Shown piece by piece: positions 14,768 to 24,430 of a DNA stretch of 64,000 nt. How positions within the stretch are numbered: the stretch's first letter is position 1; each line of letters opens with the position of its first letter. The notes below the pieces were generated by a model. It saw only the letters and a program-made list of their open reading frames with translations, did no database searches and was not told the DNA's origin. Source of the DNA: an uncultured Bacteroidales bacterium (GTDB lineage: Bacteria > Bacteroidota > Bacteroidia > Bacteroidales > SZUA-534); the NCBI GenBank assembly GCA_902790595.1, contig CADASL010000009.1, forward strand, positions 25,229 to 89,228. The letters run 5' to 3'. Position numbers and translations under genes: made by a program.

Positions 14768-15817
14768 ATGTTCCAATTTGCTAATCCACAATATCTTTTG
14801 TTTCTGCTGCTGGTGCCAGCCCTGCTGCTGATTTTCATTGCAGGGCGGATGATGCGCCGCCGCGCGTTGCAGGCTTTTGGCGACAGCGACCTTGTCAATG
14901 GCCTGATGCCCGACACTTCGGCTTCGAGGCCGTGGGTGAAGATGGTGCTGGCGCTGTTGGCGCTCTCGCTGGTGGTGATTGCCGCCGCAGGACCGCAGTT
15001 CGGCACAAAGTTGCGCGAGGTGAAACGCACTGGAATTGAGTTGGTTGTGGCACTCGACGTGTCGAACAGTATGCTCGCCGAGGACATTACGCCCAACCGC
15101 CTTGAGAACGCCAAACGCGCCATTTCCAAGATGATTGACGGCCTGAAGGACGACAAACTGGCTCTCATTGTCTTTGCGGGCGACGCCTTTGTGCAACTGC
15201 CGATGACGAGCGACTACACCGCCGCCAAAATGTTCCTTTCGTCAATCAATCCGTCGCTGGTGACAAACCAGGGAACGGCCTTGGAGAAGGCTATAAATCT
15301 GGGAGTCAAGTCGTTCACGCCAGGCGACGACAAGAATAAGGCAATCGTCATTATCACCGACGGCGAGGACCACGACGGCGACCCAATCGCGGCAGCCACC
15401 AAAGCCAACGAGGCGGGAGTAACCATTCATATGGTGGGTATGGGACTGCCGCAAGGCGCACCAATCCCTACCGTCAACCGCAACGGCCAACGCGACTATC
15501 GCACTGATGCTCAAGGAAATGTAGTCATTTCGAAACTCGAGGAGACGACGCTGAAGCAGGTGGCAGCCGCGGGCGGCGGAAAATACATTCGCGCCAACAA
15601 CACCAAAAGCGGCCTGAGCGCGCTCTTCAGCGAACTGAACAATATGGAGAAGGTGGAGATGGAAGCGAAAATCTATTCGGAATATGAGGAACAGTACCAG
15701 TATTTTCTAGGCTTCGGACTGCTGATTCTGCTGGTTGAGGTGTTCATTCTCAATCGCCGCAACCGCCGCCTGAACGCTATCAATTTCTTCAAAAATTCAA
15801 AACTGACGCTTAAATAG
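14768..15817 (+). CDS. batB: VWA-domain membrane protein BatB
   Basis: 349 aa with the MIDAS motif 'VALDVSNSM' and a C-terminal TM. Confidence 0.85.
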   Translation: MFQFANPQYLLFLLLVPALLLIFIAGRMMRRRALQAFGDSDLVNGLMPDTSASRPWVKMVLALLALSLVVIAAAGPQFGTKLREVKRTGIELVVALDVSNSMLAEDITPNRLENAKRAISKMIDGLKDDKLALIVFAGDAFVQLPMTSDYTAAKMFLSSINPSLVTNQGTALEKAINLGVKSFTPGDDKNKAIVIITDGEDHDGDPIAAATKANEAGVTIHMVGMGLPQGAPIPTVNRNGQRDYRTDAQGNVVISKLEETTLKQVAAAGGGKYIRANNTKSGLSALFSELNNMEKVEMEAKIYSEYEEQYQYFLGFGLLILLVEVFILNRRNRRLNAINFFKNSKLTLK

Positions 15818-15824
15818 TAAAGAT

Positions 15825-16622
15825 ATGAAAATCAAAGGTTTGTTTGTTGCAATTCTGCTTTTGGCAATCGCGCTTCCGCAGATGGCTGGGGCGCAGACCG
15901 AACGGAAATATATCCGTCAGGGAAACCGCCAGTTCAACAGCGCCTTCGCCGACTCGACAAAGGTTGATTCGACACGTTTTGCCGCCGCCGAAGCAAGTTA
16001 CCGCAAGGCTTTGGAGCAGGACCCGAACAGTTGGGACGCGTCGTTCAACCTTGCCAACGCAATGGCGAGCCAGGGCCGTATGGAGGAGGCCGCTCGGCAG
16101 TATCAGGCGCTTGGCGCGAAAACCGACGTTGACAAAACCAAACGCGCCGCCGCTTATCACAATCTGGGAAACTGCCTGCTGCAGTCAGAGAATCTGCAAG
16201 GCGCTATCGATGCCTACAAAAACGCTCTGCGCAACAATCCTAACGACCTTGAAACCAAATACAATCTGGCTTGGGCGCAGGACAAGATGAAGCAACAGCA
16301 GAACGAAAATCAGCAGAATCAGAACCAGAACAAGCAAGACCAGGACCAGCAGAACCAAAAACAAAATCAGGACCAGCAGCAAGACCAGCAGCAGAATCAG
16401 GACCAGCAACAAAAAGACAAGCAGGACCAGCAGAATCAGGATAATCAGCAACAGCAGCCGCAGCAAGCGCAGCAACAGCCTGAGCAGAACGACGAGCAGA
16501 TGTCGAGGGAGGACGCAATGAGAATTCTGGAGGCTCTGGAAAACGACGAAAAAGACGTGCAGGAAAAGGTTCAAAAGCAGAAAGCGCAACCGCAACGCCG
16601 CAGAACGCAGAAGGACTGGTAG
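15825..16622 (+). CDS. batC: TPR protein BatC with a long Q/N/D-rich tail
   Basis: 265 aa with a signal peptide and TPR repeats ('YHNLGNCLLQSENLQGAIDAYKNALRNNPND'). A low-complexity QQNQ region is encoded at about 16290-16500. Confidence 0.8.
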   Translation: MKIKGLFVAILLLAIALPQMAGAQTERKYIRQGNRQFNSAFADSTKVDSTRFAAAEASYRKALEQDPNSWDASFNLANAMASQGRMEEAARQYQALGAKTDVDKTKRAAAYHNLGNCLLQSENLQGAIDAYKNALRNNPNDLETKYNLAWAQDKMKQQQNENQQNQNQNKQDQDQQNQKQNQDQQQDQQQNQDQQQKDKQDQQNQDNQQQQPQQAQQQPEQNDEQMSREDAMRILEALENDEKDVQEKVQKQKAQPQRRRTQKDW

Positions 16623-16758
16623 AGGTTGGGTTATAAGTTGAAAGTTAATAAGTTATAAGTTCAAAAGGCGTAAGAAGTTGAATTTAAAAGCAATATGTAG
16701 GGATGTCATATTACGGCGTCCGATTAACCGATTAACCGATTAACCGAATAGCCAACTA
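16623..16758 (+). repeat. Heptamer tract + TGTAGGGATG stem-loop (family copy 3, 16696-16722) + 3x 9-nt 'gattaaccg' (16722-16748)
   Basis: gttataa|gttgaaa|gttaata..., then tgtagggatgtcatattacggcgtccg, then gattaaccg x3. All read directly. Confidence 0.8.
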
Positions 16759-16764
16759 AATCAC

Positions 16765-16772
16765 TATCTTCG
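16765..16772 (+). promoter_or_regulatory. Candidate internal -7 box TATCTTCG
   Basis: 35 nt upstream of the batD ATG, and it shares the 'aatcactatcttc' word with 1671-1683. One mismatch to TAnnTTTG. Confidence 0.35.
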
Positions 16773-16806
16773 CAACTTTGAAAAAAATAAGAAAAACGAT
16801 ATAAAA

Positions 16807-18678
16807 ATGAAACTGACAAATTTACATAAAGCCTTAAAACTGAAACTGATGGCGGCCTTCACGCTGTTGTTTTCGAGTTTCAGCATTTCGGCTTTTGCCG
16901 ACGATGTAAAGTTCACCGCCAGCGCGCCGCAAGCCGTCGAGGTTGGCGAGCAGTTCCGCCTTCAGTTTGTGCTGAACGCCAAAGGTAGCAACTTCTCAGA
17001 ACCGAACATTACTGATTTTCAGGTTCTTTCGGGCCCGAACACGTCGACGAGCAGCAACATTCAGTGGAGTAACGGCTCAATGTCGCAGAGCACAACCTAC
17101 ACCTATACATTTATTTTGATGGCCGACCACGCGGGCAAATTCACCATTCCGTCGGCAACCATAAAATCGGGCGGCAAGACGTACCAATCGAACCCGATTA
17201 CCATTGAGGTTGTGGCAGGTTCGCGGCCCGCAGCAAGCAATGGCGGACAGCAGCAACAAACTGGCAATCAGGGCGGTACGCAGACAACCACCAACCCCGA
17301 TTTGAGCAGCGACGACCTTTTTGTGGCAATCACCGTCGATAAGAAAAAACTCTATCAAGGGCAGTATCTGGTAGCAACAATAAAACTATACATAAATCCC
17401 CGCAAGGATGTGTCTGGTTTTGAAGATGTTAAGTTTCCGCCGTTCACTGGTTTCTGGAGCAGCGACCTTGAAGCGCCGCAGCAAGTATCGCTTCAGCGCG
17501 AGAACGTCAACGGACAGATTTACACCACAGGATTGCTGAAAAAGGTGCTTCTGATGCCACAACGCTCGGGCGAACTCACTATCGACCCGATGGAGATAAC
17601 CATTCTCTCTCGCACCCGCGTGCGCAGCAACAACCCGTTCGACGATTTCTTCGGCGGCTCGTACCGTACCACGCCCTACAAACTCGTCAGCAAGCCTGTG
17701 AAGATAAACGTGGAGCCGCTTCCTGCGGGCAAACCCGCCGATTTTTCGGGCGGCGTGGGCAACTTCACGCTCAACGCGTCGGTCGATAAAACCGAAGTGA
17801 AGGCCAACGAAGCAGTGACACTGAAAGTTAAAGTGTCGGGCACAGGTAATCTGAAGTTTATCAATAACATAAAGATTGATTTCCCGCCCGACATTGATGT
17901 TTACGACCCCAAAACAACGCAGAATATCAAGACCGATGCCAGCGGAATGTCGGGCTCGGTAACGTTCGATTATCTGTTCATTCCGCGCTATGCGGGCAAC
18001 TACCGCATTGCGCCAATCACATTCAGTTATTTCGACACAAAATCAAAGACTTACAAGACGCTGACCACACAAGAGTTCAACATTAGCGTTGAAAAAGGCG
18101 ATGGCGAAGCCGAAGCCAATTCGGGTGTGGTTCAAGCACTTACAAAGGAAGATGTGAAATTCATTGGCAAGGACATTCGCTACATTAAACCCGTTGAGCG
18201 GCTCGACCGCCGTCAGCAGATGATGTTCGGCACGCCGCTGTTCTATGGCTGCTACGCCGTTCCGCTGCTGCTTTTTGTGGCGATAATCCTGTTCCGCTTG
18301 GCGCAGATTAAGCAGAACGCAAATCAAGCTGCCGTCAAGAACCGTAAGGCTAACAAGGTGTCGCGCAAGCGGTTACGCCAGGCTGCCAAGTATATGAAGC
18401 AAGGCCAGGAAGCGCAGTTCTACGACGAGATGCTGAAGGCCATTTGGGGCTATCTGAGCGACAAACTGTCGATTCCTGTGGCCAATCTGTCGAAGGACAA
18501 TGTGGCAGAGATTCTGTCGAGCCATTCGGTTGACAGTCAGTTGGTTGACGAACTTATGGACTTGCTCAACTCGTGCGAGTTCGCGCGTTACGCGCCTGCA
18601 GCCGTTTCGGGCGGAATGGACGAGATTTTCCGCAAAGCCGACAGCACACTGTCAAAACTCGACCAGAAAGTGAAGTAA
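16807..18678 (+). CDS. batD: BatD (oxygen-tolerance protein family)
   Basis: 623 aa with a signal peptide, repeated beta-rich modules, a TM 'LFYGCYAVPLLLFVAIILF' and a cytoplasmic helical tail. The cluster position fits. Confidence 0.8.
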   Translation: MKLTNLHKALKLKLMAAFTLLFSSFSISAFADDVKFTASAPQAVEVGEQFRLQFVLNAKGSNFSEPNITDFQVLSGPNTSTSSNIQWSNGSMSQSTTYTYTFILMADHAGKFTIPSATIKSGGKTYQSNPITIEVVAGSRPAASNGGQQQQTGNQGGTQTTTNPDLSSDDLFVAITVDKKKLYQGQYLVATIKLYINPRKDVSGFEDVKFPPFTGFWSSDLEAPQQVSLQRENVNGQIYTTGLLKKVLLMPQRSGELTIDPMEITILSRTRVRSNNPFDDFFGGSYRTTPYKLVSKPVKINVEPLPAGKPADFSGGVGNFTLNASVDKTEVKANEAVTLKVKVSGTGNLKFINNIKIDFPPDIDVYDPKTTQNIKTDASGMSGSVTFDYLFIPRYAGNYRIAPITFSYFDTKSKTYKTLTTQEFNISVEKGDGEAEANSGVVQALTKEDVKFIGKDIRYIKPVERLDRRQQMMFGTPLFYGCYAVPLLLFVAIILFRLAQIKQNANQAAVKNRKANKVSRKRLRQAAKYMKQGQEAQFYDEMLKAIWGYLSDKLSIPVANLSKDNVAEILSSHSVDSQLVDELMDLLNSCEFARYAPAAVSGGMDEIFRKADSTLSKLDQKVK

Positions 18679-18783
18679 GGAAAGTTTAAAGTTGAAAAGT
18701 TTAAAGTTATAAGTATTTGAATTTTAATAATAATATGAGACAATAAATCAGATGACAGCGTAGGGACGCAAAGAATGCGTCCG
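18679..18783 (+). repeat. Short-period tract + CGTAGGGACGCA stem-loop (family copy 4, 18759-18783)
   Basis: gtttaaa|gttgaaaa|gtttaaa|gttataa. The stem ggacgca (18764-18770) pairs with tgcgtcc (18776-18782), loop aagaa. Confidence 0.8.
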
Positions 18784-18808
18784 CAGACTGATGTCCGTTG
18801 TCTGATGT

Positions 18809-19597
18809 ATGAAGTCTAAAAAATATATGACAATGAAACAGATAGCAAAATCCATTATAATAGCAATTGCGGCAATGATGCCGCTTTGCAGTTCGGCAGC
18901 CGATTTCAAGGCACAACTCGATTCGGCGGCAGTATGCTACCAGGCCACAAAATACGAGCAGGCAATCAGTATCTACGAAAGCATTGTGGCTCAAGGATAT
19001 GAGTCGTCGGAATTGTATTTCAATCTGGGCAATGCCTACTACAAATCGAACAAATTTCCGTACGCCATTGCCAACTACGAGCGCGCACTGAAACTGAACG
19101 CCACCGACGAAGATATTCAGTTCAATCTGCAACTGGCTAACACTCACGTGGTTGACAAGATTGAAGTGCTGCCAGAATTCTTCCTGAAATCGTGGGGGCA
19201 ATCGCTTGTTCGGGCGCTCACGTCGAACCAATGGGCGGTGTTGAGCATTGTCTCGTTTGTGGTTGCGCTGGTGCTTCTGTTGCTTTTCTTCCTGTCGGAC
19301 CGTCCACTTCTGCGCCGCTTCGCCTTCTGGATTGGCTTGTTGCTGGTGGTTGAGGCTGCCTTCTCGTTCAGTTTCTCGTCGAAGCAGAAAAACAATGTTC
19401 TCAACGAGCCCGAAGCCATTGTTGTCACGCCGTCGGTGGTGGTAAAAAGTTCACCCGACGCCGCTGGCACCGAACTCTTTCTGATTCACGAAGGCCTTAA
19501 AATCAAAGTCACCAACCACAACGGCGACTGGTCGGAAATCCGTTTGTCAGACGGCAACAAAGGCTGGGTGAAGAGCGAGGATTTACTGGTGATTTGA
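18809..19597 (+). CDS. batE: BatE (TPR + TM + C-terminal SH3-like domain)
   Basis: 262 aa. TPR 'ELYFNLGNAYYKSNKFPYAIANYERALKLN', two TMs, and a C-terminal 'GDWSEIRLSDGNKGWVKSEDL' SH3b-like region. Confidence 0.8.
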   Translation: MKSKKYMTMKQIAKSIIIAIAAMMPLCSSAADFKAQLDSAAVCYQATKYEQAISIYESIVAQGYESSELYFNLGNAYYKSNKFPYAIANYERALKLNATDEDIQFNLQLANTHVVDKIEVLPEFFLKSWGQSLVRALTSNQWAVLSIVSFVVALVLLLLFFLSDRPLLRRFAFWIGLLLVVEAAFSFSFSSKQKNNVLNEPEAIVVTPSVVVKSSPDAAGTELFLIHEGLKIKVTNHNGDWSEIRLSDGNKGWVKSEDLLVI

Positions 19598-19747
19598 GTC
19601 AGTGAATCGGTAAAACGTTTAAGGTGAACGAGTTTCGCGGGTTTAAAGTTGAGAGCTTCGCGGATGAGAATGTTTAGTTTCTGATAATTCTCAACTCTCT
19701 AAACCTTCTAAACTTTCCAACAAACATTAGCTAACAACGCCCAGTTT
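19598..19747. repeat. Short-period tract at a convergent gene junction carrying both orientations of the same word family
   Basis: 'gtttaaagttgagag' on the left and 'ctcaactctctaaacctt' at 19690-19707. The latter is the reverse complement of 'aaggtttagagagttgag', 17/18 identical to 14231-14248. Confidence 0.75.
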
Positions 19748-21961
19748 TTAGCCTTCTTCAGTCGCTTCCCCGATTCTGATTCCAACCATCAGAATATCGT
19801 CTATCTGGTCGATAATCTCCTGACTCTTAGGTGATTTTGACAGGGCGTAATTGATGTATTCCAACTGTTCTGCAAATGGTAAATAGTGGATTGTGGTCAG
19901 AAGCTCAGTGAGAATTTCGGTTGAATTATCATTCCATTCAGTGTTCAGCTGCGAGGCGATGCCGTCGGTGTAGAGGTAAACCACGTCGCCGGGGCGCAGA
20001 GCCACTTTCGTGTTGGTGAATTCGTCGTTATTGCCATCGGGTGCGCCGATGTGAATGTTGTCCGATTCAATCGCCGTCAGTTTCTGGTGGCGGATGATAA
20101 TCATCGGGCTGTGGGCGCCGGCAAACTGCATTGTGTTGGTGTTTGTGTCGATAATGCACAGGGCAATGTCAATCACGTTGGCGGGTTCCGACTGCCCTTG
20201 TTGCGGAATGGCGCTCTCAATTTTCCGGCGCAGCTTGTCGAGGATTGTCGAGGCCGTAGGACAGTGGTTCTCAGATATTTCGCTTGTTACAATATCGTTT
20301 AGCGATGTGATGCCGAGCATACTTGTGAACGCCCCCGGAACGCCGTGGCGCAGGCAGTCGGCCACGGCCAGCATCTTGTAACGCCCGGTCTGTTTGGCCC
20401 AGTAGAAGTTGCCCGAAACAATGTCGAGAGGTTTCCAAATCACAAGGTTTTCACCGAAAATCGTGTTCATAATCTGGGCCGACGGTATCACCGCGTTCTG
20501 TATCTCCTTGGCGTAGCGTATGCTGTCGGTAATCTGTATGTTGATGCTTGCCAAGATGTTACGCTGGGTTGCCGATTCGTCTTTCTGCGCCAGCAGCAGC
20601 TGGTTGTTGCGTTGGCGGGCGCGCATCTCAAAAAATGCCACAATGGCGAAAACCAACAGTATCAGAATGAAAACGATGGCGGAGATGTTGATGATGCGAA
20701 TCATCTTTTTGTGCTCCTCGAACAGAAGGTCGCGGTTCTTTTTCACTTTCTCCTGGTCGCGCAGCTTTTGCTCAAACTCCTCTTTGACACTCGATTTCGA
20801 TGAGTTCATTGTCGTTTCAAGGAAATATTCCTGATTCTCCGTCATACCTTTTCTCCTCTGGTATGCAAGAGCATTCCGGTAGTCGCCCAAAGCCACGTAA
20901 CACTCAATGTAGCTGTCGTAGTCAATCTCATAATGAATGTCTTTGTTGGCCTGGGCCTTTTTCCGAGTGTCTTCAAGGTGGTTGAGGCAGTCGGTGTAGC
21001 GGCGGTTGAGCAGCAGATGGCGCGCGCGGCTGTTTTCGAGTGTCGAGATGTTGTTTGTGTATCCGAACGCATTCGACAGTGTTACCGCCTCGTGGTAGAT
21101 TTGAACGCAGCTGTCGAGCAGATGTTGGCGTGCGGCCGAGTCGAGCGTGCCTGAATAGTCGAGGCAGATGGGCAGTGCGCTTTGGGTGGTCAGAATCAGC
21201 AGCGCGGTGTCGTTCAGTTCAACGGCCATCCGGTAGGCCTCGTTGTTGTTTTGCATAGCCGACACAATGCTCTGCGGATTGCCAAACTCGTGATACTCAT
21301 CTTGTTCGGTAATAGCCAGATAGTTGTAGTCGGAAACCAGGCCGCGGGTGTTGTTCAGTCTTGAGTCGATTTCAATGGCGGTTTCAAAATATTGCTTTGC
21401 GAACCCGAAAACCTTGTAGTCGCGGTACATCACGCCCAGATTGCGGTAGATGGTCGGGTATTCCGATTCAATACCAAGCTCGGCGAATATCTCTAGCGAT
21501 TTGTGCAGATACTTGTCGGCACGGTAGTAGTCTTTCAGTTGGAGCAGGTCTTCGGCGGTTTTGTTGTAGCTCCGGGCAAGGTTGAGCGAGTCGCCGATTG
21601 AGTCGTAGATGATGAGCGCGCGGTAGTGGCTGGCCAAAGCCTTCTCGTAGTTGCCTCTGCTGTTGTAGCTCCACCCGAGGAACTTGTTGGCGCGTGCGCA
21701 CGATATGGCGTCATCTAGTTTTGTGGCCAAAGCCAGCATCTGCTCGGCGTAATCGTGGATGGAATCGACGTTTGTGTGGTTTTTGCAAATCTCAAACAGA
21801 ATCTCAAGCTTCTGCTTCTCGTCGGTCACATTCTTGATAACAATAACAAGACTGTCGGCGAGTGGCTGGTTGTCTGTCTGCTGGGCAATAATGCGGCGCG
21901 GTGTCAGCGCGGCCGTCAGCACCAGAATCACAATTGTTATATGTAGTATCAGCCTTTTCAT
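19748..21961 (-). CDS. TPR sensor - TM - SpoIIE/PP2C-type protein phosphatase
   Basis: 737 aa with a signal/TM, about 350 aa of TPR-like repeats, the TM 'IINISAIVFILILLVFAIVAFF', a coiled coil, and a PPM/SpoIIE domain ('DIVSGNFYW...ADCLRHGVPGAF', 'LYTDGIASQ', 'DDILMVGIRI'). Confidence 0.8.
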   Translation of the reverse strand: MKRLILHITIVILVLTAALTPRRIIAQQTDNQPLADSLVIVIKNVTDEKQKLEILFEICKNHTNVDSIHDYAEQMLALATKLDDAISCARANKFLGWSYNSRGNYEKALASHYRALIIYDSIGDSLNLARSYNKTAEDLLQLKDYYRADKYLHKSLEIFAELGIESEYPTIYRNLGVMYRDYKVFGFAKQYFETAIEIDSRLNNTRGLVSDYNYLAITEQDEYHEFGNPQSIVSAMQNNNEAYRMAVELNDTALLILTTQSALPICLDYSGTLDSAARQHLLDSCVQIYHEAVTLSNAFGYTNNISTLENSRARHLLLNRRYTDCLNHLEDTRKKAQANKDIHYEIDYDSYIECYVALGDYRNALAYQRRKGMTENQEYFLETTMNSSKSSVKEEFEQKLRDQEKVKKNRDLLFEEHKKMIRIINISAIVFILILLVFAIVAFFEMRARQRNNQLLLAQKDESATQRNILASINIQITDSIRYAKEIQNAVIPSAQIMNTIFGENLVIWKPLDIVSGNFYWAKQTGRYKMLAVADCLRHGVPGAFTSMLGITSLNDIVTSEISENHCPTASTILDKLRRKIESAIPQQGQSEPANVIDIALCIIDTNTNTMQFAGAHSPMIIIRHQKLTAIESDNIHIGAPDGNNDEFTNTKVALRPGDVVYLYTDGIASQLNTEWNDNSTEILTELLTTIHYLPFAEQLEYINYALSKSPKSQEIIDQIDDILMVGIRIGEATEEG

Positions 21962-21964
21962 TCG

Positions 21965-24190
21965 TTAGAATCTGATTCCCAATAAAATAATATCGTCGGT
22001 TTGCGGTATCGACCGTTGCTGGGCCGGAGCGCGCCAGTTGTCAATGGCAGCCTCAATCTGCCTGTGTATCTCGTCGAGCGGCTTGCCTGCGTTTTCGGCC
22101 AGAAGCTTTTGCAGCCGCCGCCCCGCGTATTTCGACTGGTCGCCCTTCTCGTTGTAGCCGAACTGGTCGGTAATGCCGTCGGAGTAGATGAAAATGGTGT
22201 CGCCCGGCTCAATGTCGATGCGCACAGTGTTGAACGGGCGCGGATTTTGCGATAGGAAGCTAATCGGCATCCTGTCGCCTTTGTATTCGGTAACCGTGCC
22301 GTTGCGCACAAGCATTATCGGGCGGAACGCACCGGCAAACTGCAAAGTGGGCGAGTCCTCGTCGATGATGCACAGCGCCATATCCATTCCGTCGAGCGAC
22401 ATCGCGTCGGCGTCCGACTGCCGCAGCGATTCCACAACCTTCTCGCGCATAATGTCGAGCACGTTGCCGGCGCTCATCTGTCCGTTTTTGAACTCGGGCG
22501 TGAGGGTGATGTCCGACAGAATCGAAATACCGAGCATACTCATAAATCCGCCCGGAACGCCGTGGCCCGTGCAGTCGGCAATGGTCACCAGCTTTCGCCG
22601 TCCGCACTGCGTGGCCCAATAAAAATCGCCCGAAACCAAGTCGAGCGGCCGCCACAGAATGAGCGTTTCGCCGAACATCTCGTTCATTTGCTCGGCTGTC
22701 GGCAGCATCGATGTTTGCAGGCTGTGCGCGAAATTGATGCTCGACGAAATCTGGTCGTTGACAATCTCCAGCTGGTCGCGCTGCGATTCAAGCTCCTCGT
22801 TGCGCTCCATCAGCTTCCGGCCCAGCCGTTTCTTGCGTTTCAGGCTTCCGCGGATGACAACCACCAGAATCGTAATCAGCACCAGCACCAGCACCGTCGA
22901 GGCGGTTATCACCACAAGCCTTATCTCTTGCTCGCGGTGCTTGATGTATTCGTGCTCGGTGTCAATCTCGTTTTGCAGCAGAATTTTGTCCTGCTCGTTT
23001 TTAAGGCTCAGCCTTGCCGACAGCACTGCGTACTCGCGGTTCAGCTGCCGTTTCTCCAGACTCTTGGTCCATTCCGCCCATTCAAACGAGTGACGGTAGT
23101 CGCCCACATATTCATAGTATTTGACCATCAGAAATCCGTACTTGAGGTAGTACGCGCGGTTTGGCTCTTTGTCGACGGCCTGCCGTGTCGATTTGAAACG
23201 CTTGCGGGCCGTGTCGAAATCTCTCGATTCAATAGCCATCTTGCACTCACCCAGCAGGTAATCGATTTTGCTAACGTCGTTTTTCGTTTTTCTCACGGCG
23301 GTCAAGCCGATGTTGTGGAACACCAGACTGCTGTCCAGATATTTCTGCTTGAGGTCGCCCCTCGAGTTTTGCGCGTATCTCAAATATATGCACATCAGGT
23401 TTTTGCAGGCGTCGGCAATGATTGTCGTATTACCTGCCGATTTAAACTCTTTGTAAGCCCGCAGGTTTTTTGCCTTGGCTTGGTGTATAAGGCTGTCAAC
23501 GCGGGTGTCGATGAATTTCCGGTAGTCGGCCAGTCCCAGGTACATATAGTCGATGGCAACATCCGTGGCATTGTTGTTGGTGCGGATGTTCATCCGGGTG
23601 TCGATGTCGAGCGCGCCGTTCAGGTACTCCGCCGCCTGATTGTAGAGGTGGTGGGTGATGCACATCAGCCCCAAAGTCTTGCAAACCTTGCTGATACCGT
23701 CTTCATCGTTCATCTCGTAGAAGATGTTGAGCGCTTTATGGTCATACTCGTTGGCCTCGTTGTAGCGGTTCAGCATTACCAGCGAGTTGGCAATGTCGTG
23801 GTAGCAGTTGGCGGCGCCTCTGCGGTCGCCAATCGAGTCGCAGATTTGCAGCGCCGTTTGGTAAGTGGTTATGGCCTTGCCGAAATTTGAGCGGCAGAAG
23901 TAGCTCCAGGCAATCGCGTTGTACGCCCTCACAATATTACGCGTGTTCTTGGCCACCATAGCAATGCTCAGTTTGTCGCACGCGTTGTCCATCGATGTGT
24001 CGGCATTATTGTGCTCGGCGTAAACCAAATTGCGGAAATCGGGCTTTACGTATTGCGACGCGTTCGGCATCAACTGCATTGGCGGCGGTCCTTCAATTGC
24101 CGCGCAAGGCATTGGTAATGAGCTGGCAACAACAATCGCCACCAGCGCAAATGTTATTATCGATGTTGTTCTCCCTCGTTTCATTCGCAT
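21965..24190 (-). CDS. TPR sensor - TM - SpoIIE/PP2C-type protein phosphatase (tandem paralog)
   Basis: 741 aa with the same architecture ('DLVSGDFYW...ADCTGHGVPGGF', 'IYSDGITDQ', 'DDIILLGIRF'). A 3-nt gap separates it from the downstream paralog. Confidence 0.8.
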   Translation of the reverse strand: MRMKRGRTTSIITFALVAIVVASSLPMPCAAIEGPPPMQLMPNASQYVKPDFRNLVYAEHNNADTSMDNACDKLSIAMVAKNTRNIVRAYNAIAWSYFCRSNFGKAITTYQTALQICDSIGDRRGAANCYHDIANSLVMLNRYNEANEYDHKALNIFYEMNDEDGISKVCKTLGLMCITHHLYNQAAEYLNGALDIDTRMNIRTNNNATDVAIDYMYLGLADYRKFIDTRVDSLIHQAKAKNLRAYKEFKSAGNTTIIADACKNLMCIYLRYAQNSRGDLKQKYLDSSLVFHNIGLTAVRKTKNDVSKIDYLLGECKMAIESRDFDTARKRFKSTRQAVDKEPNRAYYLKYGFLMVKYYEYVGDYRHSFEWAEWTKSLEKRQLNREYAVLSARLSLKNEQDKILLQNEIDTEHEYIKHREQEIRLVVITASTVLVLVLITILVVVIRGSLKRKKRLGRKLMERNEELESQRDQLEIVNDQISSSINFAHSLQTSMLPTAEQMNEMFGETLILWRPLDLVSGDFYWATQCGRRKLVTIADCTGHGVPGGFMSMLGISILSDITLTPEFKNGQMSAGNVLDIMREKVVESLRQSDADAMSLDGMDMALCIIDEDSPTLQFAGAFRPIMLVRNGTVTEYKGDRMPISFLSQNPRPFNTVRIDIEPGDTIFIYSDGITDQFGYNEKGDQSKYAGRRLQKLLAENAGKPLDEIHRQIEAAIDNWRAPAQQRSIPQTDDIILLGIRF

Positions 24191-24430
24191 TGGTCAAAGC
24201 CAATTATAAAGATGATGCATTTTCTTGTCAGAATCAACAAAAAAATAGCAATCGGGGGCAGTTTTTTCAACATTTTCTGCCCCGAATGTTCACAATTAAG
24301 TGCAATTGTCGTGCCAATCGGTTGAATTTATGCGCGCCTTATCAATTTAGCGGAGTAGAGAAGGAGAGAGGTTGTCTTCAATCCTTCATCCCGATAGCTA
24401 TCGGGACTTCAATCCTTCAGTAAATGAAAA

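Noticed and set aside
16290-16500. A CAG/CAA/AAC/GAC-rich repetitive stretch that superficially looks like a tandem repeat or array.
   Set aside because: It is in frame within batC and encodes a Q/N/D low-complexity tail. There is no repeat/spacer organisation.
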